DNA of 64,000 nt from Epithemia pelagica (lineage: Eukaryota > Protista > Bacillariophyta): contig OX337242.1 in the NCBI GenBank assembly GCA_946965045.2, positions 930,001 through 994,000 on the forward strand, in the 5' to 3' direction. The translations under genes and the position numbers were made by a program. The notes below the pieces were generated by a model that saw only the letters and a list, made by a program, of their open reading frames with translations, searched no databases and was not told where the DNA came from. Below, piece by piece: positions 1-10,100 of this stretch; within the stretch, counting starts at the first letter, position 1, and each line of letters starts with the position of its first letter.

Positions 1-1341
1 GTGAGGGTGGAGTGTCACATCGGGAAAGTGAAGCCCACAGCTAAATGTGCAGACAATAAGAGAGGGAGCAACAGCGGTCGAATCTTTCGTCTTCTGAGAT
101 ACCGTTGAACATGATGTCCAGGAAATGTATAATGTATCGTCGATTCACCATTCTTGGGAGCTGTTGAACCATCAGTTTATAGGAGTACTCCTAGTGCAGA
201 TTTCATGCAAATCAATTTGGTCTTAATAGGCTTTTAAAGTTTACGTATCTCATAAGCAAAATGAGCAATTCTCAGTGCATCACATCCTCTGACCCTTATT
301 GCGACGATTTTGGATAAATGAATTGATCGTCATTATATACATTCACCTGACGAGTAGTGACCTTTCGTGTCGCAAAATAAGATGATTTCAGGTAACAAAA
401 GAAACACATATTCCAATCTATAAAGCAAGTCTTGATCATGTTTCCTGATACGGATGATGGATGCGTTTTCCTTTTTCGTTCAGTTCCGAACTTGGCGATG
501 AATTTGCCGTTTGGCTCAAGATCTAAGGAATCTTTGCTCCCGATTTGCGTACACCACCAAGGACATTTCTGCTATTGATCTCAAGCGCCGACAACCAGAT
601 GAGGCTCATAAGACACCCAGAACCAGAATCCAGATCTCCAACGCCATTGGCGGGTGTGTTGGACTATAATACTCGTAGTAACTCGTAATCCCATCGTACG
701 AAAGATTCAGATGATTCTTCGGCGTCGCTCGTGTAAGTGACAAAAGAACCCCGATGACTTCGCGCGCGTCGACCTACAGAACTCACTCCGATACTTCCAT
801 GCACACAAAGTTGTCCAAAAACTTTTGTTGCCGTCAGACAAAAATCCGGGGTCCGTTCTCGCTTTATGCTTTCGTCAATAGAAGGATGTAAGGAGTACAG
901 TTTTCTTTAGCGCTTCTCTTACGAAGTGGAGTTTTATTTTCAACGAACTCGAACAATGGGATTGAGAAACTTTAGTTTTGCTGCGAGTTCGAAGCGACCT
1001 CACCTGCAAGACGCTTCGTATTTGGCAGACGATGGGGCCGTGAGCGTTTCTTCACTAGCCAGTGAAAGCGTGTATACATCAACAGTGGAAACAGTTTTCA
1101 ATGAGGAGCAAGTTCACAAATCTTTTACAAGCTTAGTTTGTTCTGATGGAAAGGTGTGCGAAGCCAACAAGAAAGACGAGTCATTCGCTGACGAATATTC
1201 AATTGAACATATTCTTGGCACACACCCTGCCCTTAGCCCACCTCTTGCTATCGATTCGAACGATGGCGCAGTAATCAAAGAAGGTAAAGAAGACCATAGT
1301 CCAGAGGCAGAATGCGAGAACGACACAGACACGAACAGTTC

Positions 1342-2097
1342 TGTTAGGATTCTCACCTTTAACTAGGTGGTGGTGGAATCTACAACACATCGACTGATGC
1401 TAGTATTTTATGGCATCCGATGACATTTGTGTAAAAGTGAGAAAAGAATGACGGCATGCTCGCGGACCTATAATTTTGGCCAAGGCATGCTCGCAATGCA
1501 CGCGCTATCGGCGACCGCTCGGATATTGACTATGGCCCATCACGTGCGCGCCCAATATTCTCAAGCGCGCGCAATCACGAGCCGAGTGAGCACCTCCACG
1601 ACTTACCTCAACGACCTAAGTAATCAAAGCACGAATCACCATCACGCGAGACCATATTTCCATTCCCACAATTCCAAGAATGCAATCAACAACGCGCCAA
1701 GAAAACTACCTATATCACAACAAAGCAAGAGCTGTTGGCATTGGTATATGATATACAACTGCATATACTTTCAATACAACAATGCAGGTCTACTCCAACC
1801 ATTTGAGGACCTGTCACACCAGATCCATGGCCGTATACAAGAGCCAGGACCTCGACCTTCATCAAACACCTTAGTTAGTAATCATCTCACAATCATTAAT
1901 ATCACCATTTTAACACTCATCTTAAGACTTACCTCTTATCAGTGGACCGACTGCCCCCACCCACGGCGGACTTCGACTTGCAACTCTTCTCTGACCCGTG
2001 GAGGATTGTTGTATCGGTTGGTGATCGATTGTCGGCTCAGCAAGCCTTTTACCCAACTACCTATTACCCTTCTGAATTCTCAATGAGAGTTCTACTA
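1342..2097 (+). repeat. 5' LTR of element 1 (TGTTAGGA...TTCTACTA)
   Basis: Identical by eye to 5997-6752 except A2042 versus G6697. Confidence 0.95.
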
Positions 2098-2117
2098 GAT
2101 TAACAGTCTCATCGCTC
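2098..2117 (+). promoter_or_regulatory. Putative primer-binding site complementary to the tRNA-Asn(GUU) anticodon arm
   Basis: GATTAACAGTCTCATCGCTC abuts the LTR. Its reverse complement GAGCGATGAGA-CTGTTAA-TC contains a canonical Asn anticodon loop plus two 3' stem bases. No TGG start. Confidence 0.7.
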
Positions 2118-2481
2118 ATTGCCCTGCAGTTGCATTGGATACCTTACTTACCCATCTACACCCATTACAGATTGAGCTACCCCAACAAACAAGAGTTAGA
2201 GGACAAAACTACCCAACCCAACAACAGGGCCAGCCTGGCTGAGGCTAGGGTCACCAACCCTCTCCTATTCCAGGACCTCAAGCTGGACCAGGACTCCGTG
2301 CAACTACCTTCCCAATACTCACCTGACCAGTACTTTGTTGAGGACTACGAGCAAGGCGAGGAAGCTACCACTATTCCTGACTCCCCGGTTCAACTCGATC
2401 ACCGCAACGAGTCCGGAAGTGACCAAGGATAAGTAACTTTAAGTAGTTTCCACAACAAACCAGAGACAAAACCGAGTTCCT

Positions 2482-2555
2482 CACATCCGGGTTCCAAGCA
2501 CAACACACATCCGGGTACTTACATACGTGGCACACACGTGGTACATCCGGGTTCC
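2482..2555 (+). repeat. Three dispersed copies of (C)ACATCCGGGT(TCC/ACT) in the element 1 leader
   Basis: Copies at about 2482-2495, 2506-2519 and 2543-2555, just upstream of the gag ATG at 2602. Confidence 0.8.
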
Positions 2556-2601
2556 GATCACACCACACATTAAATAAACAACGAACCAACCATATACTAC
2601 C

Positions 2602-5600
2602 ATGGATCCAACATACCCCAAGACACCTTCTCTTCCTTCTGACGACTCAGTACCGCCTGACATATCAGATACACAAGTGTTCAATCATATCACCCAGCGT
2701 CTATTTGAATGTAATGAAGAACGAGCTCAAGCCCTTCATCAATGGATAAAATATAGTGGTTTCGAACACATTCTGAATGTCATCGACTATCTTGCAGTCA
2801 ATCCAGAAAAGAATATCAAGGACCTTGGACAATACAAGTATGGGAACAAGACGATGGACCTGAAGACATATACAAGGCATCAACTGAAGATCCTAGCATA
2901 TTGGTCACGAGAACAAACCTCAGCCCTGCAGCAGTCTGATTTACCTCGCTCTACCTGGTTGAACCTCACCAAGGCCAATTATGATCATTGGAGAATCAAT
3001 GCAGACTTCACCAAGCTTCGTCTGAACCAAGGTTGCATTTCGTCATTTCGTTTAGCAAAAAGAGAGGTGCTGCGTCTTAACAACTACATCTCCAATCTTT
3101 GTCTCGACGATTCATGGCATGGCACAACCTATCAGTTTCTCCTACACTTTCAACACCAGTTCCATCTCCTCGACAATCTCGTATCAATGTTTGATCACAT
3201 TCCTGGCCACTACACTAGGATGACCTTCCTGATGAAAGCCGTTGAAAAGGTACCTGATTTACGACAAGTCAACATCTTGTCTGGTGCAAAGACACTTTCT
3301 TATCAATCATATTTCCGTCTTCTCCTTGATGCCGCATATGATCATGACCAAGCAACTCGAGCACCAAAGTCTAACCAACTTAAGCATACCAAGCAATGCG
3401 ACTTTCAATATGATCAAGATTTTGATATCAAAGATCTATCACCCAAAGAAAAACACCGCATGATTAAGAGAACCAACGTGAAGACCAAGGAATCATCTTC
3501 GCTTCGTCCAAAGATCATTCTTCCAAGAGATCTGTGGAGTAAACTCAACAACAATAGTCGTCAAGTAATCATTGCGTACAACAAGTCTACCCAGAATGCG
3601 TCATCAACAACTGCATGCATGGAACAGACGCATACTCTTGACATTGATCCGGAACCTGATCCCGACCCTGGTCGTGCATGGATTGACGACATGATTCAAG
3701 ATGATTCCCAAGACCATCAAGATAATTTCTTTGATCTGATTACCCGGTTGGTTCCACAAGTTGTGACCAATATTGATGTCAATCATCCAACATCTGATCT
3801 TGCTAATTTGGTGTCCAATATCAAGGCAACATCCCTCCCTAATGATTGTCTCGAGAACAACAACTGTAAACAGAAAGTTGAGATATCTCGACATCTGCTC
3901 TCTCGCATGTCTACTTTCTCCGGTGACAATCAATTGACTGGCTATAATCATTGGTATCTTGATCCCATGCAAGATACGGCACCTTCTTCAAGGACTGTTG
4001 AAAATGATGGCAACAATCCGCATGATGCTTTTGGGAAGTATACCAATCGCGTTGTCTGTAACCTCAACCTTCTCTTGGATTTACCTTACGATCATGGACC
4101 TGATACGCCCTCCTTCTTCACACCCCTGCTTGGAGAATACTGTTCCAAACCATACTTCCAAGATCAGAACATGGCTAAGAACCGTTATCAGACCGTTAAG
4201 AGGACAACATACGTCGTGACCGTTTCCGGCCATATCCCTCTTGAGATCCTCAATGGTCGCCCACCCGGCATTACCCACCCACTTTTCTTCCTTATCTGGG
4301 ACAAGGCCCCCTACTTTACCGAATCATATGCCCTCTCCCACCGTCCCTACCCTCCCTCTTTTGTCACGACACTTGGCTACTGGTGGCTTGTTTTTGCCCC
4401 TCCTATTGGTGATACTTTGTCTCTGGACACTCGAACCCTTTGTTACTCTGCCATTCTTCATGATGCATCCAGGCCACCCAGCAGCAACCTTTGTGTGGAT
4501 ACCTCTTCAGGGGAGGAGTCGCTTCCAAATAAACCCAACGGCAAACAAGCTGACATTGTTTTCATTTGTTGCAAAGGTGAAGATCCATCCACGCAAATCC
4601 CTACGATCAAATACGATGACACTATTGGCCAAACTTTCCTTGTTTATGATCCTGAGGAAAATGGGGAGCAACGACAACCATATAATGGGGAGCAACGACA
4701 ACCATGTCTTATCAGATGTATCGTTGATTTAGAGCAAGATGCTCTGAAGCAAGAAGACTATATCAAGTACACTTTCTACAAATCCATTTCCGACATTGAC
4801 AAGATAATTTCATACCGTCAACATATGGAATACATCAAACAGGATAACCAAGCAAAGGCAACTGAAGATAACGTTTTCCAATTCAGAGATGTCGTCGGAG
4901 ATCAAGAACCGTCAAGTATTAGCAACAATCTTGACTACAAAAGAAGTCGCTGTCATATACTTGTTGATTGGGAGACTGGGGAGATGATCTATGAGCCTCC
5001 GTCACTAATGGTAAACGATGCATATACCAAGAAACATGATCTATTGAGTGAACTTGGATGGAAACATCTCAAGCGTTTTGTCAAGACCAGTATATACCTT
5101 GTTCAAGCTGCCAAACAGCAGTCACGAATCAAGCATGTCTGTCATTCCATCAAGTACAAGTTTGGTTATCAAGAAGTTCCACAGAAATATGAAGAAGTAG
5201 TTGTTTTGTTAGACAAGCAATATGGTAAAGAAAAGTGGCACGACACTACTGAAGTTGAGCCCTCTCAGGTTTCTCGGACTCAATCTCTCAAGACATTCAA
5301 GGATTATCGTCAAACTCAGCTCAGCAGAGGGAAAATGATAAATGCATCTTCAGAAGAGTATCACAAGAACAAGATTCGAGTCCATCTTGTAAATCACGAT
5401 GATAGCCGCAAAGCACTTCTCATCACAGACGAACCTTTTACCAAAGAACCGGTTGAGGCAATCATTTTGAGTGCTACTTCCATTCACAACTTCCATACAA
5501 CCACCTGTCTTGGGATTCTCAATGAAATGGATATATGGGGAGCAGACATTGGAAATGCATACGACCTGGAAGCTTTATCTGGGGAGAAGATCTTGATAGT

Positions 5601-6021
5601 TGCAAGACAAGAACTCAAGGAATCAGGTCACATCTTGATTAAACACAGGGCATCAAAAGGATTAAAATCTTCAGGAGCATGTTGGCGTGACTGTTTCTTT
5701 GACATCCCACTTGATGTGGATTTGTCACCAACTAAAGCAGATCCCAATGTTTGGATGAAGAAGGCACCTGGGGAGCATAGCTCAAAGGGCACCGACAAGT
5801 CCTACCAACTGAAGAACGATGAACTGATTACTTATTGCCTGAGATATCCCTATGAGAGCATCCAGGATACATTGTCAGTAAGCATTGGAAATTCTCGAAA
5901 GTATGGACCACGTTCAAGATCATATTCTTTTGGGGAGGAAACGTTCAGAAGCATGACAAGGAAAATAACAATCCTCACTCGACGAATTGTGGGGAGTGTT
6001 AGGATTCTCACCTTTAACTAG
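2602..6021 (+). CDS. Gag fused to degenerate Pol remnant (integrase C-terminal half, chromo-like segment, RT N-terminal half), 1139 aa
   Basis: Gag-like motifs WHGTTYQFLLHF, KAVEKVPDLRQV and LLLDAAYDHD; integrase remnant QNMAKNRYQTVKR; ILVDWETGEMIYEP; RT remnants KIRVHLV, WGADIGNAY, GLKSSG and KADPNVWMK. No protease, HHCC, YxDD or RNase H recognisable. The stop codon lies inside the 3' LTR. Confidence 0.85.
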   Translation: MDPTYPKTPSLPSDDSVPPDISDTQVFNHITQRLFECNEERAQALHQWIKYSGFEHILNVIDYLAVNPEKNIKDLGQYKYGNKTMDLKTYTRHQLKILAYWSREQTSALQQSDLPRSTWLNLTKANYDHWRINADFTKLRLNQGCISSFRLAKREVLRLNNYISNLCLDDSWHGTTYQFLLHFQHQFHLLDNLVSMFDHIPGHYTRMTFLMKAVEKVPDLRQVNILSGAKTLSYQSYFRLLLDAAYDHDQATRAPKSNQLKHTKQCDFQYDQDFDIKDLSPKEKHRMIKRTNVKTKESSSLRPKIILPRDLWSKLNNNSRQVIIAYNKSTQNASSTTACMEQTHTLDIDPEPDPDPGRAWIDDMIQDDSQDHQDNFFDLITRLVPQVVTNIDVNHPTSDLANLVSNIKATSLPNDCLENNNCKQKVEISRHLLSRMSTFSGDNQLTGYNHWYLDPMQDTAPSSRTVENDGNNPHDAFGKYTNRVVCNLNLLLDLPYDHGPDTPSFFTPLLGEYCSKPYFQDQNMAKNRYQTVKRTTYVVTVSGHIPLEILNGRPPGITHPLFFLIWDKAPYFTESYALSHRPYPPSFVTTLGYWWLVFAPPIGDTLSLDTRTLCYSAILHDASRPPSSNLCVDTSSGEESLPNKPNGKQADIVFICCKGEDPSTQIPTIKYDDTIGQTFLVYDPEENGEQRQPYNGEQRQPCLIRCIVDLEQDALKQEDYIKYTFYKSISDIDKIISYRQHMEYIKQDNQAKATEDNVFQFRDVVGDQEPSSISNNLDYKRSRCHILVDWETGEMIYEPPSLMVNDAYTKKHDLLSELGWKHLKRFVKTSIYLVQAAKQQSRIKHVCHSIKYKFGYQEVPQKYEEVVVLLDKQYGKEKWHDTTEVEPSQVSRTQSLKTFKDYRQTQLSRGKMINASSEEYHKNKIRVHLVNHDDSRKALLITDEPFTKEPVEAIILSATSIHNFHTTTCLGILNEMDIWGADIGNAYDLEALSGEKILIVARQELKESGHILIKHRASKGLKSSGACWRDCFFDIPLDVDLSPTKADPNVWMKKAPGEHSSKGTDKSYQLKNDELITYCLRYPYESIQDTLSVSIGNSRKYGPRSRSYSFGEETFRSMTRKITILTRRIVGSVRILTFN
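5991..5996 (+). promoter_or_regulatory. Polypurine tract of element 1
   Basis: GGGGAG immediately 5' of the TG that begins the 3' LTR. Confidence 0.8.
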
Positions 6022-6752
6022 GTGGTGGTGGAATCTACAACACATCGACTGATGCTAGTATTTTATGGCATCCGATGACATTTGTGTAAAAGTGAGAAAA
6101 GAATGACGGCATGCTCGCGGACCTATAATTTTGGCCAAGGCATGCTCGCAATGCACGCGCTATCGGCGACCGCTCGGATATTGACTATGGCCCATCACGT
6201 GCGCGCCCAATATTCTCAAGCGCGCGCAATCACGAGCCGAGTGAGCACCTCCACGACTTACCTCAACGACCTAAGTAATCAAAGCACGAATCACCATCAC
6301 GCGAGACCATATTTCCATTCCCACAATTCCAAGAATGCAATCAACAACGCGCCAAGAAAACTACCTATATCACAACAAAGCAAGAGCTGTTGGCATTGGT
6401 ATATGATATACAACTGCATATACTTTCAATACAACAATGCAGGTCTACTCCAACCATTTGAGGACCTGTCACACCAGATCCATGGCCGTATACAAGAGCC
6501 AGGACCTCGACCTTCATCAAACACCTTAGTTAGTAATCATCTCACAATCATTAATATCACCATTTTAACACTCATCTTAAGACTTACCTCTTATCAGTGG
6601 ACCGACTGCCCCCACCCACGGCGGACTTCGACTTGCAACTCTTCTCTGACCCGTGGAGGATTGTTGTATCGGTTGGTGATCGATTGTCGGCTCAGCGAGC
6701 CTTTTACCCAACTACCTATTACCCTTCTGAATTCTCAATGAGAGTTCTACTA
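5997..6752 (+). repeat. 3' LTR of element 1
   Basis: Direct repeat of 1342-2097, followed by the TSD AGTTC. Confidence 0.95.
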
Positions 6753-6937
6753 AGTTCACGACGGAAGGCAAGACTATCGGTGTGGTATTGTTTGCTTTGT
6801 ATGATTGTGTTGGTCATAATTGTCCTTATCAGCATACTTGCTAGAATGTCGAAAGGTCGTGGTGGTGAAACCGAGGCTCAAGGTGTATCGTCACTGACAC
6901 AGGAAGAACGAGATGGAATGCTTAATCAGCAGGACTT

Positions 6938-7161
6938 TGTTGTTTTAACCGTGGTCACTGGCGATTAAAAGGGCCAACTAGTTTCGTAAAAGGGGATTGA
7001 GTAAGTTATGAGGGTATGGTCATATTACGCTATGGGTGTGTATGTGCTGACGCAGTAGGGGCGTCAGTTGGGAAGTGCCGTATGGTGACGTGTGTCCATA
7101 CGCACGTAGAGTTCCCCCCCAGGTTCCGAATGCACCGGGCGGCAACGGGGAACTTTCAACA
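6938..7161 (-). repeat. 3' LTR of element 2 (224 bp)
   Basis: Matches 11566-11790 with 2 substitutions and a 1-nt difference in the poly-C run. Confidence 0.95.
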
Positions 7162-7170
7162 CTCCCTCTC
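7162..7170 (-). promoter_or_regulatory. Polypurine tract of element 2
   Basis: The minus strand reads GAGAGGGAG directly before TGTTGAAAG. Confidence 0.8.
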
Positions 7171-7196
7171 ACTTTTCAAATCGCACCCATTTGTGA

Positions 7197-10100
7197 CTAC
7201 CATCCCAGTACCCGTTGACGCAGACGTTGTAGTGTGTCCTGTGGTAAAGGTTTGGTGAGGTAATCAGCGAGTTGGTCCTCTGTAGCAACTTTATGAATCG
7301 TCACGCTCCCATCCTCCACATATGTTCTGAAATGATGGAGCTTTACGTTCAAGTGTTTCGTGCGAGGCCTGAATTTGTACACTTTGGCCATCTCCAGGGC
7401 TCCGCTGTTGTCCTCGAATACTTTACAGTGGACTTCCGCCTTTGTGTTGTGGATCGTGATGCCCTGCTGTTGCATCTCCTCCAGGAGGCGCATGATTGGA
7501 ATCGCGGCACGGAGTGCATAGGAGAGGCCGGTGTACTCGCTCTCGGTGGAGCTTAGAGCTATTTCCGTTTGCAGTTGGGATTTCCAGATTATGGGACACC
7601 CCATATATCGTATGATATATCCGTGGCGTGATCTGGCCGTGTCTCGGTCAGTCGATGCGTCCTCCCGTTTCCAATTGCCTGCGAAGTCCGCATCAGCCCA
7701 CACTTCCAGCCCCGCTTGCTTGTTGGGACGGAATGTCATGCCTTGATCCCTCGTCGCCCGTAGGTACCTCCCGATCCACCTGACCGCGTCTCCGTGTGGT
7801 TTACGTGGATTGGATGCAAACCTTGCGCACTGGTGAGTGGCATAGGCGATATCGCTTCTTGACCCTGCCTCAATGTAGTTCATCATGCCCACGATGGAGC
7901 GGTAATTGAAGTTGTTGTCGAATGCGGGTTTTTCAAGATGTCGGTGCAGGATCTTCGATGGGGCTGCTGGTGTATCTTTCGTGACAGCGTCCTTACCCAG
8001 GCGCAGTCCTTTCAATACTTTATCAATGAGGTGTGGTTGTGAGAACGTGATCTCCCCGTTGTCGTGCTTGTGGATGTTGACTCCCAGAAAGTCCTTTATG
8101 TCGCCTTCGACCGTGATATTGAGCTTGGCTGCCCGTATATCGTTGATTGCTTTGTCGATTTCGGCTTTGTCTGGGCCAACGATGATACTGTCATCTGTAT
8201 AGAGCACGTGGATTACGCTCCCCCTGTAGAAGACACATTCATCCACTGACGACTTAGTAAAGCCCACCTGTTCGACCAACCTTTTGGAAAGGTGCTGGTA
8301 CCATACCCGGCCGGCCTGCTTTTGGCCGTACAGGTTGGCATGGAGCTTGAGTACGTAGTCCTTTTTCGATTTTCCCTCGTCCAAGTCGTATCCCACAGGG
8401 AACTCCATGTAGACTTCTCGTTCTACTGGAGCCTGCGGGTACGCTAGGACGTAGTCGATTTGTTGCGTGTGCCGATTGAACGCGGAGACAAGCGCCAACA
8501 CCAGTCGTATGGATGCCCATGAAGCTACTGGGGCATAGGTTTGATCGTAATCGATCCCCTGTTCCATTTTTGACCCATCGAAGTTGAGTCGCGCTTTATG
8601 TGTCTTGATATCGCGTGTCAGGATGTCCCTTTTTCTTCGCATCTGCCACACGGCCTTGAAGATGCGCTGACCTGCTGGGACCGATGTGCGGCGCACGATG
8701 GACAAGTTTCCGTCCTCCATCTGCCTCTCCATTTCTTTCTGCATCCCTTTTATAAATTCCGCCTTGTCGGGCTCTTTCATAGCCTCGTGGTGATACATTG
8801 TATCTGGGTCGGAAATTGCTGCCTTGTACGCCATGAGTGGATTTCCCATGTCATCCATGTCGTCTTGCGGCACGAGCGTTGACAATGCAAACAACTCCCC
8901 TGGGACAGTCGTCTCGTCCTCGATTTCCGATGACATCACCTCGATAAGGCGCTGTGTCGGTTTTCGTAGTCGGCCCGATCGTGTCCGAATGTGGTTGGTT
9001 GTTTGTTGTTGTGGGAGTTGCCGCTCCCTCTGGCCTTGTGCTCCCTCTGAATCCTGTGGAGGCGTTCGATCCATGGTTGGTCCATGTTGTGCTTGTTGTG
9101 GTGGCGTCCCATCTGATGGACTCGTGTTTGGATTGTGGATGGGTGCTTCATCCGGCCATGTGTTGTTTGGCATTTGTTGTTGCCATTCTTCCGGTGGAGT
9201 GCCAGTTGGAGAGTGTTGTGGGGCTCCCTCTTGCCCCTTGTGCCTCCTCCGTCGTTTTCCTTTCTGGCTCCTCTGCGGTTGTCCGGTTCGTTTGGCATCA
9301 GCGAAGAATGTGCTGACTTGCCACGTTGCCGTCAGTTGCTCCTGTTGGAGGGTGTGGAAACTGCGGTCGAATCGTACGTGGAATTGTGGACTCACGTGTC
9401 CAGTGTGTCGGTTGAGTACCAATGCCACATTCCTGTTGTGGATTGGTGACTGGCCCAAATAAATTCCCACCCTGGCTCGATTCTCCCACTTATTGTGTGG
9501 TTTGTTTCCTTGCAGTCGTTCATCCAGCACGTATACTGGGCATCCAAAGGGCCTCCAGTGCTTTTTGTTCGTGTTAATGGCTGTCTGGGAGAACAGTTGG
9601 ATTGGCGATTGCTTCGTTTCGTGTTGCATATTTGGGGACGCGTTGATGCAGTCGTTCGCGTGGCGCACTGCGTAGGGCCACAAGTTGGCTGTAATTGCCT
9701 GTGGCCATCGCTTGTTCGCGTGCAGAAGCATCGTGCGCGCCATCCCTTGCAATTCCCTTATTCTGCGCTCCGCCTTTCCATTGGAATGGTGGGCGCCAAC
9801 AGCTGCGAATGTGAGGTCTTGTCCTTGGTCGTGACATGCCTTCACCCACCCGTGCGCCTTGAAGATTCCGTTATCGGCGTGGTAGGCACGCACTGTCACC
9901 CCTCTGTTGATGGCATAGCGCTCAAAAGCTCGCTTGCCTTGCAGTGTTTCTTCAACGGTTGAAGTCTTCTGTAGGAAAACGAAACCCAGTGACGTCGCTT
10001 GGTCCACATACACGGTAGCGTATTTGTAGCGCTGTTTCGTGATGAACCCTGTCATCTGTGCCACGAGTCCTGGAGTGGGTGATACCAACTGGTCGACCGA

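Larger units (their letters stand above)
1342..6752 (+). mobile_element. Ty1/Copia LTR retrotransposon 1 (diatom CoDi-like), non-autonomous, 5411 bp
   Basis: 756-bp direct repeats at 1342-2097 and 5997-6752; 5-bp TSD AGTTC at 1337-1341 and 6753-6757; PPT GGGGAG directly before the 3' LTR; internal gag and degenerate pol in Copia order (IN before RT). Confidence 0.95.

Noticed and set aside
1-900. Possible gene or RNA gene at the window start
   Set aside because: No ORF of note, no cloverleaf or rRNA-like sequence recognised.
2098-2105. GATTAACA as the true CA end of the element 1 5' LTR
   Set aside because: Absent from the 3' LTR, which meets the TSD directly after TA; better explained as the start of the tRNA-Asn primer site.
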